The notes: a model not told the origin generated them from the sequence alone. A stretch of DNA of 64,000 nucleotides from a bacterium (GCA_965218795.1 OZ244653.1:3136001-3200000), one strand, 5' to 3'. Numbered from the stretch's first letter, positions 30,345 through 40,251 are shown. Made by a program: numbers and translations.

Positions 30345-31579
30345 CGATCGACCTCTCCCAGGACGAAGTCCAAGCTGGCGATGATGGCCACGACGTCCGC
30401 CATCAGCTTTCCGACCATCACCTTTTCCAGGGCCTGAACACTGATGAATGACGGTGGACGGAGCTTGGCTTTATAGGGCTTCGGCCCCCCATCGCTCACG
30501 ATGTAGAACCCCGCCTCTCCCCTTGGTCCCTCAATCGGGACGTAAGCCTCGCCCTTGGGGACGTCAAAACCATGGGTGAAAATCAGGAAGTGATGAATGA
30601 GGGCCTCCATATCGTAACGGAGGCGCTCTTTCGGAGGCGGGACGATCTTGGGCGCGTCCGCGAGGACGGGTCCGTCCGGCAGCCGGGCCAGCGCCTGTCT
30701 GACGATCTTCGCGCTCTCCCTCATTTCCGCCATCCGGACGCGATACCGGTCATAGACGTCGCCTCCGTCCAGGACGGGTACCTCAAAGTCGTAATTCTCG
30801 TATCCGCAATACGGATTCGCCCGTCTCAAGTCGTGCGCGACACCGCATGCGCGAAGATTGGGACCGGTCAGCCCGAGATCGATCGCTTCCTCTACGGTAA
30901 ACGCGCCCACGCCGACCGTCCGCCTTTTGAAGATCGGGTTTTCCGTGAGCAGGGTTTCGTATTCATCCACACGGTCCGGGAAGGCGTTGATGAACGCCCA
31001 AATCTCTTCTTCGAACTCGGGGTAGAGCGGCCGGGCCAGCCCGCCGATTCGGAAATAGCTCGTCATCATCCGAACGCCGGAGACCCGTTCGAAGATTCGG
31101 AGGATCTGCTCCCGTTCCCGAAAGCAGTACAAGAAGACCGTCATGGCGCCCAGGTCGAGGGCGTGCGTTCCCAGCCAGACCAGATGGCTCGCGATCCGCG
31201 TCAATTCGGCCAGGATCACGCGGGCCGTCTCCGCCCGAGGCGGAATCTCCAGCCCCAGAAGCTTTTCCACCGGCAAAACATACGCCAGGTTGTTGGACAG
31301 GGGGGCGAGGTAATCCATTCGGTCCGTGACGGTGATGGCCTGGGTGTACGTTTTCGCCTCCATCGTCTTCTCCATACCGGTATGGAGATAGCCGATGTCG
31401 GCCTCTGCCTTGACCACCGTTTCGCCGTTCAGCTCCAGCGCCAGGCGCAACACCCCATGGGTGCTGGGGTGTTGGGGGCCCATGTTGAGCATCATGGTTT
31501 CGGACTGGAGGCCGGATTCGTCCCCGACGGCCGCGCCTTCCGTCCAGGGCGCTCCAATATCGTCCAGGATCTCAGCCAT
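30341..31579 (-). CDS. nuoD: NADH-quinone oxidoreductase subunit D (operon 2, long form)
   Basis: NMGPQHPSTHGVLR, DRMDY, MEALIHHF, DFVLGEVDR; ATG at 31579. Confidence 0.96.
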   Translation of the reverse strand: MAEILDDIGAPWTEGAAVGDESGLQSETMMLNMGPQHPSTHGVLRLALELNGETVVKAEADIGYLHTGMEKTMEAKTYTQAITVTDRMDYLAPLSNNLAYVLPVEKLLGLEIPPRAETARVILAELTRIASHLVWLGTHALDLGAMTVFLYCFREREQILRIFERVSGVRMMTSYFRIGGLARPLYPEFEEEIWAFINAFPDRVDEYETLLTENPIFKRRTVGVGAFTVEEAIDLGLTGPNLRACGVAHDLRRANPYCGYENYDFEVPVLDGGDVYDRYRVRMAEMRESAKIVRQALARLPDGPVLADAPKIVPPPKERLRYDMEALIHHFLIFTHGFDVPKGEAYVPIEGPRGEAGFYIVSDGGPKPYKAKLRPPSFISVQALEKVMVGKLMADVVAIIASLDFVLGEVDR

Positions 31580-32231
31580 CGTCCGACTCTCTTTTTGGCC
31601 CCGGCCCGGAGGACTCCGGCTCCCGATACTCGTTGACGTATTCTTCGATGGTGGTTTTGTGCCGGGCCCGAACATACGCCTGCCCTTCGGTGAATTGCAC
31701 CGGCTCGTCCCCCGTATCGAAGTCCCTGCGGTGGGGATGCCCTTCGAAGCCCTCCGGCGTCAGGATGCGTTCCAGATGGGGGTGCCCCTTGAATTCGATG
31801 CCCATCAGGTCAAAGGCCTCCCGTTCGTGCCAGTTCGCGGAAGTCCACATCGAAACGACCGAATCCACCGCCGGCGGGTCTCCATCGACGCAGGCCTTCA
31901 GCCGAAGCCGCCGGTGATGGGGAATGGAATAAAGGTTGTAGACCACTGCGAAGCGCGGGCCGTCCACGCCCAGGTCCAGTCGATCCAGACCGCACAGATC
32001 GGCCAACAGGTTATACCGGAGATCGGCGTGGTCCCGCAGGAAGCCGCAGACCTCAAGAAGCCGGCCGGGATCGATCTCAACGGTGGTTTCGTCGCGAAAG
32101 TAGTCGACCGCCCGAATCGCATCACCGAACCGGCCGCGGAGCAAGTCCACCGTGGTTCGGGACAGCGCGACGGCCGGCTCTTCCGCCTCCGGGACTTCCG
32201 TCTGCGATTCGGGTTCCTGGATTTCGGACAT
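31572..32231 (-). CDS. nuoC: NADH-quinone oxidoreductase subunit C (operon 2)
   Basis: ANWHEREAFDLMGI, GHPHLERIL, GHPHRRDF. Confidence 0.95.
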   Translation of the reverse strand: MSEIQEPESQTEVPEAEEPAVALSRTTVDLLRGRFGDAIRAVDYFRDETTVEIDPGRLLEVCGFLRDHADLRYNLLADLCGLDRLDLGVDGPRFAVVYNLYSIPHHRRLRLKACVDGDPPAVDSVVSMWTSANWHEREAFDLMGIEFKGHPHLERILTPEGFEGHPHRRDFDTGDEPVQFTEGQAYVRARHKTTIEEYVNEYREPESSGPGPKRESDDG

Positions 32232-32250
32232 CTTCGATCTGAAACCCCTT

Positions 32251-32268
32251 ATGTGAAATTTATCACAA
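32251..32268. promoter_or_regulatory. Rex/CRP-type palindromic operator inside nuo operon 2 (between nuoB and nuoC)
   Basis: ATGTGAAATTTATCACAA matches 12 of 14 defined positions of Rex TTGTGAA-N4-TTCACAA and contains an exact TGTGA-N6-TCACA; abuts the nuoC RBS. Confidence 0.55.
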
Positions 32269-32359
32269 GCGTTTCGCCGGAAAGGCTCTCCGAAACGAGT
32301 CTGGGCTGGACCGGGGCGACCCCGAACTCATCCCAAGCGTCGTTTCGCGGGTGTCAGGA

Positions 32360-32842
32360 TTACGCCTTCGCTTCTTTCAGGGATTCTTTCTCGATTTTGG
32401 CCTGGAGCTTCAAAATGGAATCGATGAGGGTTTCCGGTCTCGGAGGGCAGCCCGGCACATAGACATCCACCGGGATGATCTGATCCACTCCCTGCACGAG
32501 CGCATAGTTGTTGAACACGCCCCCCGTCGACGCGCAGGCGCCCATGGAGATGACCCATTTCGGCTCAGGCATCTGCTCATACAGCCGCTTGACCACCGGC
32601 GCCATCTTCTTTGAGACCCGGCCCGCCACGATCATCACGTCCGCCTGCCGCGGGGACCCGCGGAAGACCTCCGCGCCAAACCGGGAAAGGTCGAATCGAG
32701 AGGCGGAGGTGGCCATCATTTCGATGGCGCAACAGGCTAGACCGAACAACGCAGGCCACAGGGAGTTCTTCCGGGCCCAGTTCACCAGATCATCCAACCG
32801 GGCCAGGACGACATTGTCTTTAAGATGTTCTTCCAGTCCCAT
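32360..32842 (-). CDS. nuoB: NADH-quinone oxidoreductase subunit B (operon 2)
   Basis: [25 protein letters not shown]. Confidence 0.96.
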   Translation of the reverse strand: MGLEEHLKDNVVLARLDDLVNWARKNSLWPALFGLACCAIEMMATSASRFDLSRFGAEVFRGSPRQADVMIVAGRVSKKMAPVVKRLYEQMPEPKWVISMGACASTGGVFNNYALVQGVDQIIPVDVYVPGCPPRPETLIDSILKLQAKIEKESLKEAKA

Positions 32843-32846
32843 CAGG

Positions 32847-33203
32847 CTATTTCCAATTGAGTGCGCCCCTGCGCCAGACGTACACCAACCCCATCGCGAG
32901 GATACCGATAAACACGGCCATCTCCACGAACCCGAACACCTTCAGGTCGCGGAAAACCACCGCCCAAGGGTACATGAACACGGCTTCGATGTCGAACAGG
33001 ATGAAGAGCACGGCAATGATGTAGAACTTGACGGAGAAACGGATGCGAGCGTTCCCAATCGCTTCCATTCCGCATTCGTAGGGGCTGTCTTTGACGGCTG
33101 TGCGGCGCCTCCGTCCAATCAGGGCGGAGATGAGAATAGTCGTTGCGGCGAAACCCACGACGACGACGAGCATAACGAAGATCGGGAAATAATCCGATAG
33201 CAT
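32847..33203 (-). CDS. nuoA: NADH-quinone oxidoreductase subunit A (operon 2)
   Basis: [23 protein letters not shown]. Confidence 0.95.
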   Translation of the reverse strand: MLSDYFPIFVMLVVVVGFAATTILISALIGRRRRTAVKDSPYECGMEAIGNARIRFSVKFYIIAVLFILFDIEAVFMYPWAVVFRDLKVFGFVEMAVFIGILAMGLVYVWRRGALNWK

Positions 33204-33250
33204 GTCCTATTCCCGGCGGGGCTGAACGGATTCCGCCCGCCTGTGTCCAC

Positions 33251-33279
33251 ACCCTATCCGCGCCCCTTCCGCCTGTCAA
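33251..33279 (-). promoter_or_regulatory. putative sigma70 promoter for nuo operon 2
   Basis: Minus-strand TTGACA (33279-33274), 17-nt spacer, TAGGGT (33256-33251), about 50 nt upstream of nuoA. Confidence 0.55.
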
Positions 33280-33547
33280 GAGACCTTCCCTGCGTCCCAC
33301 TCCTTGGAACCGTGACAGGTCAAAATAATTTCTGATCGACGGAGTCGGCACGCTCCCCACACCGGCCGCGCTGTCCAAGACCATGGCACGGGACCCATTC
33401 TTTATTTTTTACTATTTTAGTGATGAGTCTGGATATTTCCAGTTCTACTTGGGCGAGGGGATGAGTTTGCGTTATCATGGAACCCATGACCGAAGTTCCC
33501 GCCCTCGAATTTCATTGCCCGGACCGGAGCATCGTTGAGAAATCGAC

Positions 33548-35209
33548 ATGCTGATTGACGACCTCAAAGCCATCCAGGAACTCCACGGCTACCTTCCGGA
33601 AAAAGAGCTCCGGGAACTTTCCGCGAAGAGCCGCACGCCGCTTTATGATATTCAAGGCGTTGCCTCCTTCTACCCCCATTTCCACTTGGGGCCCCCGCCT
33701 CCCGTGCGGGTGGAAGTGTGCGCGGATTTGGCCTGCCACCTGTGCGGGGCCGGCGCGCTCAAGGATCGGATTCAGGGCGATATTCCGGCCGTGGATCGGG
33801 ACAAAGTGCGCGTGAACACGGTCTCCTGTATCGGACGATGCGACCGGCCATGCGCGATATCCGTGAATGATCGCATTTACGAGAATATCCAGTCTCAAGA
33901 GGTCATGGCGCTCGTCCGCTCCGCTCTGGAAGGTGAAGACCTGACCGGAAAACCGCCGGAGATGACTCCTGGTCCCTGGAAGCTGGACCCCTACCGGAAC
34001 GGGGATAGGTATCAGGCGCTTCGCAAACTTCTCGCGGACCAGCCGCGGGAAGAAACCATTCAGGGGGTCGAAGCCGTCATCGAAAAGCTCAAGCTCGCCG
34101 GTCTCCGCGGGATGGGCGGCGCCGGCTTCCCCGCTGGACTGAAATGGGAGATCGTCCGCAAAGCCGAAGGCTCGCCCAAATACGTGGTCTGCAACGCGGA
34201 TGAGAGCGAGCCCGGAACCTTCAAAGACCGGGTCATCCTGGAATCGCTCCCCCACCTGCTCGTGGAGGGGATGATCATGGCGGGCCTGACAATAGAATCC
34301 GAAGAGGGGATTATTTATCTGCGTCATGAATACAACCACGTTCTTCCGGCCCTGGAGCGGGAGTTGAACGAGGCGCGGGAGGCGGGCCTTCTCGGCGCGG
34401 ATATCCTGGGGACAGGGCACACGTTTGATATCACCACCTTCATCAGCCCGGGCGGCTACATCTGCGGCGAGGAAACGGCCCTGCTCGAGGCCCTGGAGGG
34501 AAAACGGGCCGAGCCCCGGAACAAGCCCCCTTACCCCGGGAACGTGGGTTTGTGGGGGAAGCCGACCCTCATCAACAACGTCGAGACCTTCGCCCATGCG
34601 CCGGCCATCTACCTGAACGGGGCTGAATGGTTTATTGAACAAGGCGAAGGGGAGGCCGCCGGCCTGAAGTTCTTCGCTCTGTCCGGAGACGTAAACCGTC
34701 CCGGCGTCTATGAAGTTCCGATGGGCATCTCCGCAAGCAGACTGATCGAGCAATACGGCGGCGGTGTCTCGGAGGGCCGGGAACTCAAGGCGATCATGCC
34801 GGGTGGAACCTCCTCGGGCTTCCTTCCGGCTTCCATGGCCGACATTGCGCTGAACTTCAAACCCCTGGAACAGGTCGGATCCATGCTTGGATCCGGGGCC
34901 GTGGTTGCCATCGCCGAGGGCCGCGACATGCTGGACCTGGCCTTCAACGCCATGCGGTTTTTCCGAAACGAATCCTGCGGGAAATGCGTTCCCTGCCGGA
35001 CGGGAACCGAGAAGATCGTCGACATCCTCCAGGGCGCGCTGACCGGGAAAGGGCGTGAGGAGACCAGAGTCTTGATCGAGGAGCTGTCGGCCGCCATGCT
35101 GGAAACGTCCATCTGTGGTCTGGGGCAGGCCGCTCCGAACCCCATCCTGTCCGTCATCCGCCATTTTCCGGAGGAAGTCCTGGCCCGGATTGAGGGTCAG
35201 GCCTCATAG
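33548..35209 (+). CDS. NAD-linked formate dehydrogenase diaphorase subunit; NuoE-NuoF (FdsG-FdsB) fusion
   Basis: N-terminal ASFY, CADLAC...CIGRC ([2Fe-2S]); then GLRGMGGAGFPAGLKW, DESEPGTFKDR, YICGEET, SCGKCVPCRTG, ICGLG. Confidence 0.88.
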   Translation: MLIDDLKAIQELHGYLPEKELRELSAKSRTPLYDIQGVASFYPHFHLGPPPPVRVEVCADLACHLCGAGALKDRIQGDIPAVDRDKVRVNTVSCIGRCDRPCAISVNDRIYENIQSQEVMALVRSALEGEDLTGKPPEMTPGPWKLDPYRNGDRYQALRKLLADQPREETIQGVEAVIEKLKLAGLRGMGGAGFPAGLKWEIVRKAEGSPKYVVCNADESEPGTFKDRVILESLPHLLVEGMIMAGLTIESEEGIIYLRHEYNHVLPALERELNEAREAGLLGADILGTGHTFDITTFISPGGYICGEETALLEALEGKRAEPRNKPPYPGNVGLWGKPTLINNVETFAHAPAIYLNGAEWFIEQGEGEAAGLKFFALSGDVNRPGVYEVPMGISASRLIEQYGGGVSEGRELKAIMPGGTSSGFLPASMADIALNFKPLEQVGSMLGSGAVVAIAEGRDMLDLAFNAMRFFRNESCGKCVPCRTGTEKIVDILQGALTGKGREETRVLIEELSAAMLETSICGLGQAAPNPILSVIRHFPEEVLARIEGQAS

Positions 35210-35339
35210 ACGCGGGAGAATTCCGGACGCAAAGAATCGGGGGAGGACGAGTTGTGAATCGGGCCCGCAACAGACTGCCGCTGGACCCGACGGGTCCCCG
35301 GCTTCCGAACGGATCCTCAGAGGAAGGAAAAATCCAACA

Positions 35340-38078
35340 ATGGCCATTGCAGAAGCCATTCAGACCATCACCGTAACAATTGACGGCGAGGAGGTATCCG
35401 TTCCCGAGGGGACGACCCTCTATGACGCCGCCCTTTCCATCGGCGCCGAAATCCCCACACTGTGCCATGAAACCAAGCTGAACCCTGTGGGGGTCTGTCG
35501 GGTCTGCGTCGTCGAGGTGGAAGGAGGCCGCGTCCTTGCGCCTTCATGTTGCAGGACGGTCGAGGAAGGCATGGTCGTCAAGACGGCCTCCGAGCGGGTC
35601 AAGAATTCGCAGAAGATGCTCGTCGAGCTTCTGATGGCGGATCATCCGGCTCCCTGCGAAAGGCACCGGAAAACGGGCGACTGCGAGCTGGAGGTTCTGG
35701 CCGATCGGCTGGGCCTGACGGATTCCAGATTCGCGCCCCGTGCTCACGAAAACGGCCGTGATACCTCCTCCAAAGTCATCGACGTCGACCACGACGCCTG
35801 CATCCTTTGCGATCGGTGCATCCGGGCCTGCACGGACCTTCAGTCCAACGACGTTATCGGCCGGACGGGCAAGGGCTTTCCGGCGAAGATCAGCTTCGAC
35901 TTCGATCTGCCGATGGGCGGATCGACCTGCGTTTCCTGCGGGGAATGCGTGGCCGCCTGTCCCACCGGCGCACTGACCGAGAAGCCGTTGGTCGCCGAGC
36001 GCAGGGAAACCGCAAATCAGGTGGGCTCCGTCTGCCCCTACTGCGGGGTCGGATGCTCCATTACTTACCACGTGGAGGACAACCACATCGTCGGCGTCAC
36101 GGGCAGGGAAAGTCCGGTGAACCACGGGCGCCTCTGCGTGAAGGGCCGCTACGGATACGACTACGCCCACCACAAGGACCGGCTAACGGTCCCCCTGATA
36201 CGCAAGGACGGCGCGCCCAAGTCCCCCGAATCCCTCGACCACCCCATGGACGCCTTCCGCGAAGCCACCTGGGAGGAAGCCATGGATCGGGCGGCCTCCA
36301 GCTTCCTGCGAACCAAGCGGGCACACGGCTCTGACGCGCTGGCGGGTTTCGGTTCCGCCAAGTGCTCGAACGAGGACAACTACCTCTTTCAGAAACTGAT
36401 TCGCGCGGTCTTCGGGACCAACAACGTCGACCACTGCACACGGCTCTGCCATGCCTCTTCCGTGGTCGCACTGATGGAGCAGATCGGCAGTGGCGCCGTG
36501 TCCAACGTGTTCGCCGACGTGGGCCTGGCCGACGTGGCGCTGGTGGCCGGCTCCAATGCCGAGTCCAACCATCCAGTGGCGGCGACCTTCATGAAGGAAG
36601 CGCAAGAGTCCGGGATGAAGCTGATCGTGGCCGACCCGCGCAAGGTTTCCCTCGCGCGGCGCGCCGACTACTATGTCGGCTTCCGGCCGGGGACGGACGT
36701 CGCATTCTTCAACGGCATGCTGCACGTCATCTTCCGGGACGGGCTGGAAAACAAGAAGTTCATTGCAATGCGGACAGAGGGTTTCGAGGCTCTCCGCCGG
36801 CTGGTCGCCGATTATCCGCCCGGTCGCGTGGAGAAGATCACAGGCGTCAAGGCCGAGCTCATCGAAGAAGTCGCCCGGGTGTACGCCACGGCGGAGCGGG
36901 CCATCACCTTCTGGGGCATGGGGATCAGCCAGCATACCACCGGGACGGACAACACACGCTGCCTCGTCGATCTGGCCCTGGTGACCGGCCACATCGGCCG
37001 CCCCGGAACGGGCCTGCACCCGCTGCGCGGGCAGAACAACGTTCAGGGCGCTTCGGACGTGGGTCTCATTCCCACAGTCTACACGGACTATCAGTCGGTG
37101 AAAGATCCGCAGGTCAAGGAAAAGTTCGAGAAGGCTTGGGGCGCCTCCCTGAGCGACAAGCCGGGGCTGACGGTCGTCGAAATCATGCATCAGGTCCTCG
37201 ACGGCAACATCAAGGCCATGTACATCATGGGCGAGAACCCCCTCCTCTCCGACCCCAACACCAATAAGGTCAAAAAGGCGCTCGCCGCGATGGAGTTCCT
37301 GGTCGTCCAGGATATCTTCCTGACCCAGACCGCACGGTACGCGGACGTCGTCCTTCCAGCCACCGCATTTCCGGAAAAGACCGGGACATATACCAACACG
37401 GACCGCCGCGTCCAGGTCGGAGAGAAGGCGCTCGTTCCGCCCGGACAGGCCCGCACGGACTGGGAGGTGGTCGCGGACATGGCGCGCCGGATGGATTACC
37501 CCATGAAATACGATTCGGTCGAAGAGATATTCGAGGAAGTCCGCGCCGTCACGCCCAGCATGGCGGGCCTGACGTACGATCGGCTCCGGGAGACCGGGGG
37601 CATCAACTGGCCCGCGCCCGATGAGGACCATCCGGGGACAAACGTCCTCTTCGAGGAAGAGTTTCCCAACGGCAAGGGAAAGCTGGTCGCTTGCGAATGG
37701 AAACCGGCCTTCGAGGTCGAAGACGATGAGTATCCGCTCATCCTCAACACCGGACGCATGCTCGAGCACTGGCACACGGGCGTCATGACCCGCCGGTCCA
37801 AGGCCCTGCACGGCATCCAGCCCGAAGCTCTGGTGGAGATGCACCCGGACGACCTGGAGGAACTGGGAGTGAAGAGCGGGGATTTCGTCCGGGTGAGCTC
37901 CCGGCGCGGTGAGATCCGCCTGAAGGCAATCGGGACGGACTACACGCCGAGAGGCAGCGTGTTCATCCCCTTCCATTTCGAAGAGGCGGCGGCCAACCTC
38001 CTGACCATCGACGCTCTCGATCCGTACGGAAAGATCCCCGAGTTCAAGTACTGCGCCGTCAAGGTCGAACCGGCGTAG
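35340..38078 (+). CDS. fdhF: formate dehydrogenase alpha subunit (Mo/W-bis-PGD, FdsA/FdhF type, Cys ligand)
   Basis: NuoG-like Fe-S N-terminus, CPYCGVGC, GRLCVKG, NNVDHCTRLCHASS, PLRGQNNVQGASD, GKIPEFKYCAV. Confidence 0.93.
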   Translation: MAIAEAIQTITVTIDGEEVSVPEGTTLYDAALSIGAEIPTLCHETKLNPVGVCRVCVVEVEGGRVLAPSCCRTVEEGMVVKTASERVKNSQKMLVELLMADHPAPCERHRKTGDCELEVLADRLGLTDSRFAPRAHENGRDTSSKVIDVDHDACILCDRCIRACTDLQSNDVIGRTGKGFPAKISFDFDLPMGGSTCVSCGECVAACPTGALTEKPLVAERRETANQVGSVCPYCGVGCSITYHVEDNHIVGVTGRESPVNHGRLCVKGRYGYDYAHHKDRLTVPLIRKDGAPKSPESLDHPMDAFREATWEEAMDRAASSFLRTKRAHGSDALAGFGSAKCSNEDNYLFQKLIRAVFGTNNVDHCTRLCHASSVVALMEQIGSGAVSNVFADVGLADVALVAGSNAESNHPVAATFMKEAQESGMKLIVADPRKVSLARRADYYVGFRPGTDVAFFNGMLHVIFRDGLENKKFIAMRTEGFEALRRLVADYPPGRVEKITGVKAELIEEVARVYATAERAITFWGMGISQHTTGTDNTRCLVDLALVTGHIGRPGTGLHPLRGQNNVQGASDVGLIPTVYTDYQSVKDPQVKEKFEKAWGASLSDKPGLTVVEIMHQVLDGNIKAMYIMGENPLLSDPNTNKVKKALAAMEFLVVQDIFLTQTARYADVVLPATAFPEKTGTYTNTDRRVQVGEKALVPPGQARTDWEVVADMARRMDYPMKYDSVEEIFEEVRAVTPSMAGLTYDRLRETGGINWPAPDEDHPGTNVLFEEEFPNGKGKLVACEWKPAFEVEDDEYPLILNTGRMLEHWHTGVMTRRSKALHGIQPEALVEMHPDDLEELGVKSGDFVRVSSRRGEIRLKAIGTDYTPRGSVFIPFHFEEAAANLLTIDALDPYGKIPEFKYCAVKVEPA

Positions 38079-38265
38079 GGGCTTTCGGTTTCGCCCTCAA
38101 AGACCCGGGCATGCCACCAGAAAAACCGGTTGCTGAATCATTCGCGCGGATGGAATCTCACGTCCATTCCGCGGGTCTTCACTGCGCCGTCCGATCCAGA
38201 GGCGGGATGAAACACATCGGGTCTTCCGGGCGCCGCTCGCGCACCGCTGCCGAAAATGATGGAGG

Positions 38266-38853
38266 TTGAATTTCACCGTGGCCTGGGTGTTCCCCCCCGA
38301 AGAGCTTCAGCGGCTCATCCACCCCCGGAGGTTTCGGTGGAGCCCGCCGTACAAGACACTACGGCGCATCGGCCTGAGGAAGGGCATGGACGTCGTGGAC
38401 GTGGGATGCGGGCCCGGCTTCTGGACGCTGCCGGCCGCGAAGATCGCCGGGCCGTCATCGCAGGTGTTCGCGTCCGATATCTCACCCAAGATGCTGGCGG
38501 CGGCCAGGCAGCGGGCGGCCGGGGCCGGACACTTCAACATCCGGTTCAAGCGGTCTCGAGTCTACGGGGTTCCCTTCGAATCGGGCTGCGCCGACTTCTG
38601 CATGATGCACTACGTCCTCCATGAAGTGGATGACCCGGCCCGGCTCATAACCGAAGGGGCGAGGGTGCTGCGGCCGGGTGGGTTGCTCTCGGCGTACGAG
38701 TGGGCCAAAGTCGAGAGCGATGCGGGCCCGCCTTATTCCGACCGAATCCCGGATTCGAGGATGATGAAGCTGTTCCGTTCGGCCGGACTCAGGCCGAAGG
38801 ATTTCTGGATGCCCGATCCCCTCAACTATATTCTGGTCGGCGAAAGGGTGTGA
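38266..38853 (+). CDS. class I SAM-dependent methyltransferase
   Basis: VVDVGCGPG, SDISPKML, LHEVDD, RVLRPGG. Confidence 0.88.
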   Translation: MNFTVAWVFPPEELQRLIHPRRFRWSPPYKTLRRIGLRKGMDVVDVGCGPGFWTLPAAKIAGPSSQVFASDISPKMLAAARQRAAGAGHFNIRFKRSRVYGVPFESGCADFCMMHYVLHEVDDPARLITEGARVLRPGGLLSAYEWAKVESDAGPPYSDRIPDSRMMKLFRSAGLRPKDFWMPDPLNYILVGERV

Positions 38854-39019
38854 CGATGGATAAGGGAAGCGGAAGGCGTCCGGTCGTCCCCTCAGACTCC
38901 CCCCGAAAACTTTTATTTCGCGATGACGAGCAAAGCACGCCATCGCAGCAACTTCGGGCGTGCCGTCGGGGTTTCCTGCGCCATCCCGCTTTTCTGAGAC
39001 AACGATTCAAACCCTGCAA

Positions 39020-39061
39020 AAAGGAAAGGGAAGACAGCACATGCTGTCTTCCCTTTCCTTT
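39020..39061. terminator. perfect 20-bp inverted repeat between convergent genes, probable bidirectional terminator or miniature palindromic element
   Basis: AAAGGAAAGGGAAGACAGCA-CA-TGCTGTCTTCCCTTTCCTTT. Confidence 0.6.
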
Positions 39062-39185
39062 GAGGGCTGGATGAGCGACGGGGCTCATCCAGGCCGATAA
39101 ATCGGCGAGAACGAATCGAGACGCCGGCAGGGAGAAGAACGTCGTCCCGATCCGAACGATTCGCCGGCACCGTTTTTCAGGCCGC

Positions 39186-39626
39186 TTATTCGACGGCTAC
39201 GGCGATCTTTTTGGCCACCGCCTTGGGGGTCTTGGGCAGCCTGATGGTGAGGACACCGTTCCTGTTCTTGGCGTTCACCCTGTCCACCTCGATGGAATTC
39301 GGCAGCGTAAAAGACCGCTGGAACTTTCCGAAGCTCCGCTCGACGCGGTGGTAGCTTCCTTCTTGGACCTCATGCGCGCGCTTGCGCTCGCCGGAGAGGG
39401 TGAGGACGTTGTCCTTCACTTCCACGGCGATGTCCTTCTCGTCGATCCCGGGCAGCTCGGCCTCGATGACGATTTCCGTCTCATTGTCATAGACGTCGAC
39501 GGTTGGGGAAAATCCGGCGCAGAGACCGTCATCGATTCGCCTGAGGAACCGGTCGCCGAAGAGGCGGTCCATCGATCTCTGCATATCGGTCAACTCTCTG
39601 AAAGGATCCCATTTCACCAATGCCAT
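39186..39626 (-). CDS. small heat shock protein, Hsp20/alpha-crystallin family
   Basis: WDPFREL, AELPG, LTLSGER, ERSFGKFQRSF, NGVLTIRLPK, C-terminal IAV motif. Confidence 0.95.
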   Translation of the reverse strand: MALVKWDPFRELTDMQRSMDRLFGDRFLRRIDDGLCAGFSPTVDVYDNETEIVIEAELPGIDEKDIAVEVKDNVLTLSGERKRAHEVQEGSYHRVERSFGKFQRSFTLPNSIEVDRVNAKNRNGVLTIRLPKTPKAVAKKIAVAVE

Positions 39627-39694
39627 TGTTCTTCCTCCTTCTCATTTGCAAAGCCCATGAATTGGGTTGCTTATTGTGTCTGGCTTCGATTTGG

Positions 39695-39724
39695 AATATA
39701 ATATCTTAGTCTATAAGTGTCAAG
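39695..39724 (-). promoter_or_regulatory. hsp20 promoter with overlapping HAIR-like (HspR) operator
   Basis: TTGACA (39723-39718), 17 nt, TATATT (39700-39695); TCTTAGTC-N5-GTGTCAAG overlaps it versus HAIR CTTGAGT-N7-ACTCAAG. Confidence 0.6.
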
Positions 39725-40251
39725 TTATTTTATGAATTTCTTTTATATAACTGATTTTTCGTGCTGTTATTTGAAAATCGGCGTCCTTCGGGGATTGAAA
39801 TTCAGTCCGCAGGATCAGTTTTCTCCACATCTGAATATCGCCCGTCCCGTCAAAATCACTGTCGAAATGACCAGCGCCTGCACAATCATGCCATCTTGCA
39901 GAACGCCAGCCAACCCGGTCCGTGGAGCGCGCGAGCTCTTTCCGTGCCCTGAAGGACTTCATCCGGCGCAGAATGGTTCGTTCCTTGAGCGGCTTGGCTT
40001 CTTTACCGGGCTTTGCCTGGCATTGAAGGGATCAGGATATCCGGATGGAGTCGCCATGCTGTCAAAATGGACATCCGGTGTACCGGAAAAAACGTCTCCA
40101 ACCCCCCTTCCGCCCCTTCAGTGATCAAAGAATTCAGGGCGTTCCCCTTTTCTAGGGACGGGTTTATGATCCAGAATGATCTGAGCGGCGCATGTCGCCG
40201 AATCAAACCCAAGGCGGGAACGAACCCGATGATGCAGACGAGAAGCAGCCC

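Noticed and set aside
36420-36465. Possible selenocysteine in formate dehydrogenase, given yqeB nearby
   Set aside because: The active-site codon is TGC (RLCHASS) and the frame has no in-frame TGA
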